Positions 1 to 8,560 of a stretch of DNA of 64,000 nucleotides are shown here, piece by piece. The position numbers and the translations under genes were made by a program. The stretch lies in the NCBI GenBank assembly GCA_964554645.1, contig CAZKPK010000003.1, positions 4,256 through 68,255 of the forward strand, given 5' to 3'. Each line of letters begins with the position of its first letter. Within the stretch, counting starts at the first letter, position 1. The notes under the pieces were generated by a model. That model was not told where the DNA came from, made no database searches, and worked only from the letters and a program-made list of their open reading frames with translations. This DNA comes from an uncultured Candidatus Saccharibacteria bacterium (GTDB lineage: Bacteria; Patescibacteriota; Minisyncoccia; Phycocordibacterales; UBA9973).

Positions 1-2
1 TT

Positions 3-323
3 GCGATAATCCAAACTGGCGGGAAGCAATACAAAGTCTCTGAAGGGAGCCTTGTTTCTATTGAAAAAATAAAAGGCGGCAAATCGGGTGAATATAAAAA
101 GGGAGATAAAATTTCTTTCGATAAAGTTCTGCTCGTTGATGATGGTAAAGACGCCACGATCGGCACCCCTTATATCGCTGGCGCAAAAGTGAACGCTGAA
201 ATTGCGGAAATCGGCCGGGCCAGAAAAATTCTCGTGGTAAAATATAAGCAAAAATCTCGGTATCTTCGCCGCCACGGCCACCGTCAGCCATTTTTTAAAG
301 TAAAAATTACCGGAATAAAATAG
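3..323 (+). CDS. rplU: 50S ribosomal protein L21 (5' truncated by window edge)
   Basis: Frame 3 translation AIIQTGGKQYKV...KYKQKSRYLRRHGHRQPFFKVKITGIK matches the L21 family, including the GHRQ C-terminal motif; stop TAG at 321-323. Confidence 0.8.
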   Translation, partial: AIIQTGGKQYKVSEGSLVSIEKIKGGKSGEYKKGDKISFDKVLLVDDGKDATIGTPYIAGAKVNAEIAEIGRARKILVVKYKQKSRYLRRHGHRQPFFKVKITGIK

Positions 324-328
324 TCTAT

Positions 329-607
329 ATGAGATATAATGTGGAGGGTCAACCTTCCGAAAAAGAAATAGTAAAGAAAAGATTACTTAAAATTAAACGA
401 GAATCTTTGGATGTAGATAAAGACAATATACAGCCTATCATAAAAGACTTGGAGTGGTATCTTGATTTAAAAAGGAAAGAAAAAGTAAATCTGCATATAC
501 CTATCAATGACCTTGATTTATGGAACACGATGAGTGTAGTGTATAAAGATTTTAACGAAGAAGAACTCGAGGACCTAATAAATCATCTGAAAGGTGCTAA
601 TAACTAA
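329..607 (+). CDS. hypothetical small protein (occupies the position normally held by rpmA after rplU)
   Basis: 92-aa ORF with normal composition, no recognisable motif. Confidence 0.35.
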   Translation: MRYNVEGQPSEKEIVKKRLLKIKRESLDVDKDNIQPIIKDLEWYLDLKRKEKVNLHIPINDLDLWNTMSVVYKDFNEEELEDLINHLKGANN

Positions 608-680
608 GTCTTGTCTTGTAAGATAAGATGCAGGGATAACCTCTCACCAGCTGGTTTCTTTAATTTGTAAAAAATATGTT

Positions 681-714
681 ATACTCAAATTATGCTATCG
701 CGGAATTTGAGTAT
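681..714. repeat. palindrome ATACTCAAATT-N12-AATTTGAGTAT overlapping the start codon of the 692 gene
   Basis: Perfect 11-bp arms; ATG at 692 lies inside the element. Confidence 0.7.
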
Positions 715-1192
715 TGGAGATAAAATTTTAAAACTTTTACTTGAGCCGACACACCGATATAAAGGCATACCGGTCAGTATGTTTGGCTTACCCATTTTAT
801 TTCCATACAAAAAGCAATCCATCTATAACACTCTTTCAAGATTAAATAAAGACGGTTATATATCAAAAGAAAATGATTATATATGCTTACTTCCAAGAGG
901 AAGAAAATATGTCGAAAATAAAAAAGTAAGATTTGCAACATTTGATTCACCTTATAAAAAAGAGTCTTCAAAAAATTTACTTTTAATGTTTGATATTCCA
1001 GAAGTCAAAAAAGCAGAAAGGGAATGGTTTCGTTTCCATTTGCGGCTGTTCAGTTATGAAATGATTCAGAAAAGTGTTTGGGTCGGACCGTCTCCACTGC
1101 CGAAGGATTTTATAGATTATGTAAAAGAAATCAAGCTTCAGGAATGCATTAAAACCTTCAAACTGGCTAAACCTTACAATACTCAAACTTAG
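692..1192 (+). CDS. winged-helix transcriptional regulator with C-terminal Cas2/VapD-like domain (PaaX-like architecture)
   Basis: N-terminal wHTH-like region. C-terminal LLLMFDIPE..KAEREWFRFHLRLFSYEMIQKSVWVGP fits the Cas2-like beta-alpha-beta pattern. Start and stop codons both lie inside flanking palindromes. Confidence 0.45.
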   Translation: MLSRNLSIGDKILKLLLEPTHRYKGIPVSMFGLPILFPYKKQSIYNTLSRLNKDGYISKENDYICLLPRGRKYVENKKVRFATFDSPYKKESSKNLLLMFDIPEVKKAEREWFRFHLRLFSYEMIQKSVWVGPSPLPKDFIDYVKEIKLQECIKTFKLAKPYNTQT

Positions 1193-1213
1193 CGATAGCA
1201 GAAATTGAGTATT
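1178..1213. repeat. inverted partner palindrome AATACTCAAACTT-N-AAATTGAGTATT overlapping the stop codon of the 692 gene
   Basis: Close reverse complement of the 681-714 element with the same GCGATAGC core; the TAG stop at 1190-1192 lies inside it. Confidence 0.7.
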
Positions 1214-1237
1214 TTGGTTCTTATTCTATTTGATTTT

Positions 1238-1864
1238 TTATTGCCTATTTTTTAGCGCGTTTTTAAGGGTGTCGTTGTCGGAATATTCCAACTCGGTGCC
1301 GGTCGAGAGGCCTCGACCGAGAGAGGAGATTTTTATTTTTAATTTTTCTGCTAAGTCTTTAATTTGTTCTCGAACATAAGAATCTGTATGATCACCCTGC
1401 GGGCTTAATGAAAAAGCCAGAATTACCTCTTTGAGATTTTCACTTTTTGCTATTTTTTCCTTCAATTCTTCAATTCTAATTCTTCTTTTTGTAGTTTTTT
1501 CAACGATGGGTATCAGTCCGCCTAGAATAAAATATTTGCCATTGTAGACTCGGCTTTTTTTTATACTCTCCAGATCAGAATCTTTTTCAATAATCATTAA
1601 AATAGAAGGGTCTGTGCTTGTGTTTGCGCAGATGTCGCACACTTGCCCGTCCTTTGGCGGGGTTTTTCCTTTGCCTAAAATAAAAAACCTAAAACATTCT
1701 TTGCATTGCGCTACTTCTTTTTTTAAATCCAAAATCATATTTGACAAATTTTCGTTGTAGGCAGAATTTCTAGACATCAAAAAATAAACAAAACGTTTTG
1801 CTTGCCGCTCCCCAATACCGGGAAACTCTTTAAAAATCTGGCTTAGTTTTTCTATGACGTCCAT
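1238..1864 (-). CDS. recR: recombination protein RecR
   Basis: N-terminal HhH region (FPGIGERQAKRF), C4 zinc finger (CKEC...CDIC), Toprim region. Confidence 0.9.
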   Translation of the reverse strand: MDVIEKLSQIFKEFPGIGERQAKRFVYFLMSRNSAYNENLSNMILDLKKEVAQCKECFRFFILGKGKTPPKDGQVCDICANTSTDPSILMIIEKDSDLESIKKSRVYNGKYFILGGLIPIVEKTTKRRIRIEELKEKIAKSENLKEVILAFSLSPQGDHTDSYVREQIKDLAEKLKIKISSLGRGLSTGTELEYSDNDTLKNALKNRQ

Positions 1865-1865
1865 A

Positions 1866-3266
1866 TTAAAATTCTTCCAAGCCTCCTTTTACTTTAGATG
1901 GAGCAAATTCGCTGATGTTACTTTTCTCTAAGGTTTGAAATGTGGTAGTTTTTTCATCAAAATAAAGTTCAATTTTTCCAGTCGGGCCATTTCGATGTTT
2001 TTCAATTAAAATTTCGGCAATATTTGTTTTTTCTGATTCTTCCTTTCCCTTATCTTCTCGATGAATAAACATTACCACATCCGCGTCTTGTTCGATAGAT
2101 CCTGAATCGCGAAGATCCGAAAGTCTTGGTTTTCCGCCCCTTGATTCTACTGCCCGAGAAAGCTGGGAGAGCGCCAAGACCGGCACGTTCAGCTCTTTTG
2201 CCAGGCTTTTTAGCGACCGGCTGATTTCGGTCACCTGATTCACCATTGAATCGTAATTTTTAGAAGTTGTCATCAGTTGCAAATAGTCAACCACAATAAG
2301 GTCAAGCCCTTTTTCCGCTTTCAATCTGCGAGAGAGGGCTTTCATCCGAACGATTGAATTTCCCGGCTGGTCATCGATATAGATTTTAGCCTTCGCAAGT
2401 TTATCGAGTGAATCTCTAAGTTTTGAAAATTCTCCGTCAGAGGACAAGCGGCCTGTGCGCAAGTTCCAAGCATTTACCCGACTCTCGGCGGAAAGCATCC
2501 TGTCCACTAATTGCTGGGAAGACATTTCCAGAGAGAATATCACTACGGATTTTTCATGAACAACGGAAGTCATACGAGCGATATCAAGCGCCAGGGTAGT
2601 TTTGCCCATACTTGGTCTGGCCGCGATAATAATTAAATCTTGCTTTTGCAAGCCCGAAAGAATGGTATCCAAATCTCGGAAGCCAGTCGGAAGTCCGCGC
2701 AACATTCCTTTGTGTTCATGCAGTTTTTCCAAACGTTCCCAAGCTTCCGGCAGGGCGTCTTTTAAATTTATAAATTTTTGATTCTTTGGAAACGAAACTA
2801 CGCTGAAAATTTTTTTCTCCGCCCTGTCCAGGATGTCGTTCATATGCTCATCGCCTTCCTCAAACGCAAGTTCCGACACATAGTCCGCCGCTTCTATTAA
2901 ACTTCTCAGAATATATTTTTTTTGCACTATGTCAGCATAGTGTTTGATATTAATGGAAGAGGGAACAACGTTCACTATTTCTGCCAGATAAACATTGCCT
3001 CCGATGCTGTCGAGCAACTTCTGTTCATTAAGCTTCGTAGAAAGTGAAAGCATATCTATTGGTTCGTTTTTGTTTGACAAGTCCAGCATTGCTTGAAAGA
3101 TTTTCTTATGCTTTTCAACGTAAAAGGATTCTGGTGACACCATATCCTCCACTTCATGCATCGCATCCTTACGGAGCATGATGGAGCCCAAGACCGCTTG
3201 TTCCGATTCAATGCTTTGAGGCGGAATGCGTAAATTGTTTTTATTGTTTTTAATTATCCTGACCAT
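1866..3266 (-). CDS. dnaB: replicative DNA helicase DnaB
   Basis: N-terminal DnaB domain (SIESEQAVLGSIM), Walker A (ARPSMGKTT) and RecA-like C-terminal region. Confidence 0.9.
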   Translation of the reverse strand: MVRIIKNNKNNLRIPPQSIESEQAVLGSIMLRKDAMHEVEDMVSPESFYVEKHKKIFQAMLDLSNKNEPIDMLSLSTKLNEQKLLDSIGGNVYLAEIVNVVPSSINIKHYADIVQKKYILRSLIEAADYVSELAFEEGDEHMNDILDRAEKKIFSVVSFPKNQKFINLKDALPEAWERLEKLHEHKGMLRGLPTGFRDLDTILSGLQKQDLIIIAARPSMGKTTLALDIARMTSVVHEKSVVIFSLEMSSQQLVDRMLSAESRVNAWNLRTGRLSSDGEFSKLRDSLDKLAKAKIYIDDQPGNSIVRMKALSRRLKAEKGLDLIVVDYLQLMTTSKNYDSMVNQVTEISRSLKSLAKELNVPVLALSQLSRAVESRGGKPRLSDLRDSGSIEQDADVVMFIHREDKGKEESEKTNIAEILIEKHRNGPTGKIELYFDEKTTTFQTLEKSNISEFAPSKVKGGLEEF

Positions 3267-3344
3267 AAAGTTATTCTAACACAGCCAAAAAATTAGCAAA
3301 CTGTAAAAGTGCGTAAAAAGTTAATAATATGTTATTATATTCGC

Positions 3345-4295
3345 ATGGGTAAAAAAGTATTTTTATCAGGTGTTCAGCCCTCAGGCAAGCCTCATATTGG
3401 CAACTATTTTGGGGCGATGAAGCAATTTGTTGATTTGCAAGGGGAACATGATGGTTATGTTTTTATTGCTGATTATCACGCTCTGCATTCTCTCAGAAAT
3501 CCTAAAGAAATAAATGAAAACATAAAGAATGTTCTGCTTGATTATTTGGCGATTGGCCTTGATCTGAAAAAAGTGACATTTTTCAAACAAAGCGATATTT
3601 CCGAGCACACTGAACTTGCTTGGATTTTTGATACGATTACCACCATGCCGTATTTGATGCGCGCGCATGCTTTTAAAGATGCGCAGGCGAAGGATAAAGA
3701 AATTGATGTGGGTACTTTTAATTATCCTGTTTTAATGGCGGCGGACATTTTACTTTACGGTCCGGATCTAGTGCCGGTAGGCGCTGATCAGAAACAACAT
3801 GTGGAGATAGCTCGCGATATTGCGGAAAAATTTAATCACGCATACGGAGAAACTTTTAAATTGCCAAATCCAATGATTCTGAAAGATACGGCGGTTGTGC
3901 TAGGGACCGATGGGCGCAAAATGTCCAAGAGTTACGGCAACACTATTCCACTTTTTGCCGAGTATGAAGAAATAAAAAAGTGTGTGATGAGTATTATCAC
4001 TGATTCCGGAGAGGGGATTCCCAAAAATGTCTACGCGATACACAACTTGCTTCGCCCGGCCTCCGAGCTTCTGCCTATCTATGAAAGCAAGGCAGGGAAG
4101 TATAAAGAATTAAAAGAGCTTTTAATAGAAGATTTAGAAAAATTTATCGCGCCGCTCCGGGAAAAACGAAAAGAATTTGCCAAGGATATTCCCAAAGTGC
4201 TGGCGATTCTCAAAGCCGGCGGTGAAAAAGCTAAAAAAATTGCTTCCAAAAAAATGAATGAAGTCCGCGAGAAAATCGGGGTGAAGGTGTATTAG
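3345..4295 (+). CDS. trpS: tryptophanyl-tRNA synthetase
   Basis: Class I signatures HIGN and KMSKS, TrpRS-like length; start placed at ATG 3345 (MGKKVFLSGVQPSG). Confidence 0.9.
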   Translation: MGKKVFLSGVQPSGKPHIGNYFGAMKQFVDLQGEHDGYVFIADYHALHSLRNPKEINENIKNVLLDYLAIGLDLKKVTFFKQSDISEHTELAWIFDTITTMPYLMRAHAFKDAQAKDKEIDVGTFNYPVLMAADILLYGPDLVPVGADQKQHVEIARDIAEKFNHAYGETFKLPNPMILKDTAVVLGTDGRKMSKSYGNTIPLFAEYEEIKKCVMSIITDSGEGIPKNVYAIHNLLRPASELLPIYESKAGKYKELKELLIEDLEKFIAPLREKRKEFAKDIPKVLAILKAGGEKAKKIASKKMNEVREKIGVKVY

Positions 4296-4304
4296 AATGA
4301 AATA

Positions 4305-4610
4305 TTGAAAAATATGAAGCACGCCAATAAAAAAATTCCTGAATACAGAAAAGAATTGGTGGAAATTTTTGCTAAAATTTTGGGCAATAGAGAATTGATG
4401 GGCCTATTTTTGAAGGACATACTTACGCCGAATGAATTTGAAGCTTTATCTTTGAGATGGCAAATAGTCAAAAAATTAAATAAAGGAGAAACGCATCGAT
4501 CGGTAGTAGAGGATTTGGGTCTTGGGATGAGCACAGTAACCCGCGGGTCTCGGATGCTTCGCAATAAAAACGGCGGTTTCAATCTGGTTTTTAAAAAGCT
4601 AGGCCAATAG
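4305..4610 (+). CDS. TrpR/YerC-YecD family DNA-binding protein
   Basis: LTPNEFEALSLRW...GETHRSVVEDLGLGMSTVTRGSR matches the Trp-repressor-like YerC/YecD HTH; sits immediately after trpS. Confidence 0.65.
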   Translation: MKNMKHANKKIPEYRKELVEIFAKILGNRELMGLFLKDILTPNEFEALSLRWQIVKKLNKGETHRSVVEDLGLGMSTVTRGSRMLRNKNGGFNLVFKKLGQ

Positions 4611-4663
4611 AGACCATAAAGAGTAATTTCGAGTTATCCACAGTCTATGGTTGCAAATTACTT

Positions 4664-4733
4664 TCCTTATGCTACTATGCACTAGTGCATAGTAGTAGAG
4701 AAGATAAGGAAAGTAAATATATACAATACAATA
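4664..4733. repeat. long nested imperfect palindrome (TTACTTTCCTTAT...CTACTATGCACTAGTGCATAGTAG...ATAAGGAAAGTAA)
   Basis: Perfect 24-bp central palindrome flanked by complementary TTACTTTCC/GGAAAGTAA arms. Confidence 0.7.
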
Positions 4734-4779
4734 TATGAAAAATGAATTTAAAATAAATAAATCAATAAATTCTTGGCGG

Positions 4780-4814
4780 GGCGCAAAAGCTTCAGTTTTT
4801 AAAGCTTTTGCGCC
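4780..4814. terminator. GC hairpin GGCGCAAAAGCTT-loop-AAGCTTTTGCGCC followed by a T-rich tract
   Basis: 13-bp perfect stem, downstream TGTTTGTTG. Confidence 0.55.
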
Positions 4815-4990
4815 TGTTTGTTGATTTCTTTACCTATTTAAACAAGGAATCCATTAAGTGGCGCAATGAAGCGTCACTTTTTGTTCTTTGATAATCTAAC
4901 GAAGTTTGTGAAAACTTCTGTAAAAATTCTCAGGTGATGGAATCTACCTGTAAGTGGTTCTAAAATTCAGTTATTTAACAAAGAGAAAGG

Positions 4991-5371
4991 TTGCATATGT
5001 GGGAAGGCGCAGATGATTATCCAGGTCCTGATTCCGAAATTTCGGATAAAAAAAATCGAGCACGCATTGGGAAAACAAGAACTATGACGCTACAAAAATT
5101 ACGTAAAGAATTTCCACTTGGGAATTTATCATGTAGATCTCAAAGCTGGAATTCCCCGGGGAATGTAGTAATTTTTTACATTTCTGTCTCCGAAGATCTA
5201 GTAGGAACTATCTATACAGAACTTCGTAAGGACGGAAGTCTAGAAGTTTTTAAAATACTTCCAGTAGTGGATCAAGAGGGATCTCAACCGCTTATAAAAA
5301 TAGCGGAACGGGAAAAAATACCGCAAGAAGTTTTCACCAAGGCTATTTTAAAACAAATAGCTGACTTATGA
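4991..5371 (+). CDS. hypothetical protein (weakly supported ORF)
   Basis: 126-aa ORF; the C-terminal two thirds have protein-like composition; no motif. Confidence 0.25.
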   Translation: MHMWEGADDYPGPDSEISDKKNRARIGKTRTMTLQKLRKEFPLGNLSCRSQSWNSPGNVVIFYISVSEDLVGTIYTELRKDGSLEVFKILPVVDQEGSQPLIKIAEREKIPQEVFTKAILKQIADL

Positions 5372-5439
5372 CGTTAAGACGCGCTCGGCATTCACCGAGC
5401 AAATAAAAAAGCCCCGAGGGTGGTATACCCTCAAAAAAC

Positions 5440-5476
5440 CAGCAACATCCGAAAAGAGAAAATGTTGCTGTTTTTT
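5440..5476 (+). terminator. rho-independent terminator CAGCAACAT-loop-ATGTTGCTG + T6
   Basis: 9-bp stem followed by TTTTTTATTTTT, just upstream of the aspS promoter. Confidence 0.65.
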
Positions 5477-5505
5477 ATTTTTATTTATGCTAAAATGTTT
5501 CTGCG

Positions 5506-6855
5506 ATGCGCAACAGGACTTATATCAAAGATTTAAAAGATAATGTCGGCAAAGAAATTATCATTGCTGGCTGGGTGGATGTCCGGCGCGATCAGGGGAA
5601 AATGGTTTTTTTTGATATGCGGGATATGACGGGCAAAGTGCAATGCGTGGCGTTGCCGACTAGAGCGGGAGTGATGGAAAAAGTGAAGGATATTAGGCTT
5701 GAATGGGTTTTAAAAGTTACCGGCATGGTCAACAAGCGTCCAATCAAAAATGTGAAGGCGGGATTTTTGAATGGCGATGTCGAACTTGAAGTGACAGACG
5801 TTGAAGTGTTCGCAAAGGCTGAACCACTTCCTTTTGATATGTCCCTTGACGGCTATAATTTAGAATTAACGACCGAGCTGGATAATCGCGCTCTGGTTTT
5901 GCGTCAACCGAAAGTGCAAGCGGTTTTCAAAGTGCAAGAGACAATCATAGATTCTTTTCGGGAATTTATGAAAAAAAATATGTTTTTCGAATTTCAGGCG
6001 CCGTCTATCACTCCGGCAGTTGCTGAAGGGGGTAGTGAAGTTTTTCAGCTTGATTATTTTGCTAAAAAAGCTTTCTTAACCCAGTCTCCTCAGTTGTATA
6101 AACAGATAGTTATGTCCGCTTTTGAAAGAGTTTTTTCCGTGAATAAAATTTTTCGCGCTGAACCAAGCGCGACCACCAGACATTTGACCGAAGTTGTATC
6201 ACTCGACGCGGAAATGGCTTTTATTGATGGCTGGGAAGATGTGCGGGATATGGCCGAAGCGACGGTTAAATTTATTTTGGAAAAAGTAGCCGAAAAAAAT
6301 TCCACCGAGTTGAAACTTTTAAAAGCGGAACTTCCGATAATGATAGAAAAAACCCCGACTTTTTCCCTGACGGAAGCGCAGGAAAAAATTTTTAAACATT
6401 TTAAGCGTGACGTGAGAGAAGAAAAAGATTTAAATCCGCAAGACGAAAGAGAGATATGTGAAATAGCAAAAAAAGAAACCGGTTCTGATTTCGTCTTTAT
6501 TTATGGCTATCCAACGCGCAAAAAACCTTTTTATGTTTATCCAAACCCAAAAAATCCAGAATTTAATGAGGGGATGGATTTATTGTGTCGCGGTTTGGAA
6601 TGGCTTTCTGGTGGACGCCGAATTAACAAATATGACCAGCTTTTGGAACACGTAAAATTATGGAAAATGGATCCCAAAAAAATTAAAATGTTTTTAGAAG
6701 CTTTCAAATACGGTGTCCCACCCGAAGGCGGTTTCGCTTTCGGCGCCGAGCGCATGACGATGCAACTTTTGGGACTTAAAAATATCCGGGAAGCTTGTAT
6801 GTTTCCCAGAGATATGGAGAGAATAGATGAAAGGCTCAATAGTGACGGTTACTAA
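5506..6855 (+). CDS. aspS: aspartyl-tRNA synthetase, archaeal/eukaryal short type (AsnRS not fully excluded)
   Basis: N-terminal OB fold; class II motifs FRAEPSATTRHLTEVVSLDAEMAF and GGFAFGAERMTMQLLGLKNIREACMFPRD; the LD.E signature favours AspRS. Confidence 0.75.
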   Translation: MRNRTYIKDLKDNVGKEIIIAGWVDVRRDQGKMVFFDMRDMTGKVQCVALPTRAGVMEKVKDIRLEWVLKVTGMVNKRPIKNVKAGFLNGDVELEVTDVEVFAKAEPLPFDMSLDGYNLELTTELDNRALVLRQPKVQAVFKVQETIIDSFREFMKKNMFFEFQAPSITPAVAEGGSEVFQLDYFAKKAFLTQSPQLYKQIVMSAFERVFSVNKIFRAEPSATTRHLTEVVSLDAEMAFIDGWEDVRDMAEATVKFILEKVAEKNSTELKLLKAELPIMIEKTPTFSLTEAQEKIFKHFKRDVREEKDLNPQDEREICEIAKKETGSDFVFIYGYPTRKKPFYVYPNPKNPEFNEGMDLLCRGLEWLSGGRRINKYDQLLEHVKLWKMDPKKIKMFLEAFKYGVPPEGGFAFGAERMTMQLLGLKNIREACMFPRDMERIDERLNSDGY

Positions 6856-6863
6856 GATAAAAC

Positions 6864-7193
6864 ATGGATTATGTAATTTCTGGCAAGGTAATAAAGGGCG
6901 ATGGATATGGCAGGAAAATTGGCTTTCCGACAATGAACTTGGAAGCTAATACAAAAGAATTGCCAAAAGCCGGAGTCTATGCGGGTATAGGGAATCTAGA
7001 CGGCATAGATTATCGAACAGGTATTGTTGTCGGTCCGGAGGATAAACTCGAAGCGCATTTGATAGGGTATAATGGAGACGCTTACGGAAAACAAGTAACT
7101 TTAAAAATAGAGAAATTCATAAGAGAATATAAGAAATTTAATACTGAAGAAGAATTGATTATTCAAATAAAAAAAGATTTAAAATTATGCTAA
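6864..7193 (+). CDS. riboflavin kinase domain protein
   Basis: GYGRKIGFPTMNL motif typical of the RibF kinase domain / monofunctional riboflavin kinase. Confidence 0.7.
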   Translation: MDYVISGKVIKGDGYGRKIGFPTMNLEANTKELPKAGVYAGIGNLDGIDYRTGIVVGPEDKLEAHLIGYNGDAYGKQVTLKIEKFIREYKKFNTEEELIIQIKKDLKLC

Positions 7194-8092
7194 AAGATTA
7201 CACAGGCCCTATTTTTATTCTTATCGCGGCAACGCTCTGGGCATTTGACGGTCTCATTCGACAGCATTTATATTCGCTTCCGCCCATTACCATCATATTT
7301 TTTGAACATCTTTTTGGTCTTATAATTCTGTCTCCTTTCGTTTACAAATATTTTTCTCAGACAAAACTTTCAAAAAGGGATTGGTGGCTTGTTATTTTGA
7401 TATCAATTTTAAGCGGCCTCTTCGGAACATTATGGTTCACGACCGCGCTCGGCAAAGTCCACTTCATTTCCATCTCAGTCGTATTCCTCTTGCAAAAACT
7501 TCAGCCGATATTTGCTATTATAACCGCGAGAATTTTTTTGAAGGAAAAAATGGATGGGCGATATATAAAATGGGCTGTGCTCGCAATTATCGCGGCCTAT
7601 TTTGTGACCTTCAAAAATGGATATGTAAATTTTGCGACGGGTGAGGGAACAATCATTGCGGCTCTGTACGCGCTTGGCGCGGCTTTTGCTTGGGGTTCTT
7701 CAACGACATTTTCAAAAATGCTTTTAGGAAAAATAGATGCCAGACTCTCCACCTTTTATAGATTTTTAGTCACAACTGCAATAGTTCTTCCAATCTTGTT
7801 TTTATCAGGAAAAGGACCAAGTTTATCCGCGCCAACTATTTCTCAATTCGGCTGGCTAGCGCTCATTGCCGTCTCGACTGGCATGGTTGCTTTGCTTATT
7901 TATTATAAAGGGCTGGCAAGGACCCCGGTGCATATTTCCACAATTTTGGAGCTGACTTTTCCTTTCATTGCCATTTTTCTGGATATGATAGTGAATCATA
8001 CTGTACTTTCTTTCACTCAATGGGTTGCGGCTTTAGTGCTTGTGTTTGGTATTTACAAGATTGCCAGATTGCGTGAGAACGTTTCTTTGTGA
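7187..8092 (+). CDS. EamA/DMT-superfamily transporter
   Basis: About 10 predicted TM helices in two repeated halves. Confidence 0.65.
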   Translation: MLKDYTGPIFILIAATLWAFDGLIRQHLYSLPPITIIFFEHLFGLIILSPFVYKYFSQTKLSKRDWWLVILISILSGLFGTLWFTTALGKVHFISISVVFLLQKLQPIFAIITARIFLKEKMDGRYIKWAVLAIIAAYFVTFKNGYVNFATGEGTIIAALYALGAAFAWGSSTTFSKMLLGKIDARLSTFYRFLVTTAIVLPILFLSGKGPSLSAPTISQFGWLALIAVSTGMVALLIYYKGLARTPVHISTILELTFPFIAIFLDMIVNHTVLSFTQWVAALVLVFGIYKIARLRENVSL

Positions 8093-8101
8093 AATTAATA
8101 A

Positions 8102-8135
8102 TTACTTAACTCTACCGGTCGGAAAAGTTAGGTAA
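8102..8135 (+). repeat. family C hairpin TTACTTAACT-N14-AGTTAGGTAA, 9 nt upstream of the 8145 start codon
   Basis: Second copy at 48361-48394 sits upstream of purQ in the same hairpin-TTTAAAAAG-ATG arrangement. Confidence 0.7.
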
Positions 8136-8144
8136 TTTAAAAAG

Positions 8145-8483
8145 ATGAAACAAACAGATTTGTTAAAGAAAAAATGTATATCGTGCGAGGGGAAAAGCAT
8201 TAAACCTCTAGATAGAGCTGGCGCGCAGGATTATTTAGATGAAACACCGGGTTGGGTTTTAGATAAAGATGTAAAGAAAATTTCCAAAGAATTTAAATTT
8301 AAGGATTTTATCGGAGCGATAAATTTCGTGGAAAAAGTGGCCGAGATTGCCGAAATGGAAGGGCATCATCCGGATATTCATATTCACTACAACAAAGTCT
8401 TGCTCGAACTCTGGACACACGCCATCGGCGGGCTTTCTGAAAACGACTTCATCGTCGCCGCCAAAATCGACGCACATAATTAG
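8145..8483 (+). CDS. pterin-4a-carbinolamine dehydratase
   Basis: EGHHPD...W.TH..GGLSE.D...A.KID signature of the PCD/DCoH family. Confidence 0.8.
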   Translation: MKQTDLLKKKCISCEGKSIKPLDRAGAQDYLDETPGWVLDKDVKKISKEFKFKDFIGAINFVEKVAEIAEMEGHHPDIHIHYNKVLLELWTHAIGGLSENDFIVAAKIDAHN

Positions 8484-8560
8484 TTTTTGAAATATGCATT
8501 TGACTTTTATTTTGTGGATGAATTATAATTATTTTATAAAAAATTTTCCAAAATAACAAT

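Noticed and set aside
692-1192. Cas2-like domain suggested a CRISPR locus
   Set aside because: No repeat-spacer array, cas1 or other cas genes anywhere in the window. The domain is fused to a wHTH, which fits a PaaX-like regulator rather than an adaptation module.
5128-5165. AGATCT...GGAATTCCCCGGGGAAT string resembling a cloning polylinker (BglII, EcoRI, SmaI)
   Set aside because: It is short and imperfect, sits inside a low-confidence ORF, and has no other vector-like sequence nearby. Most likely chance.
5417-5476. GAGGGTGGTATACCCTC hairpin plus terminator upstream of aspS looked like a T-box antiterminator/terminator
   Set aside because: It lacks the ACCGCG part and the 7-nt bulge of the T-box consensus. 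No recognisable Stem I, specifier loop or AGAGA/GNUGA motifs upstream. It is treated as an ordinary hairpin plus terminator.
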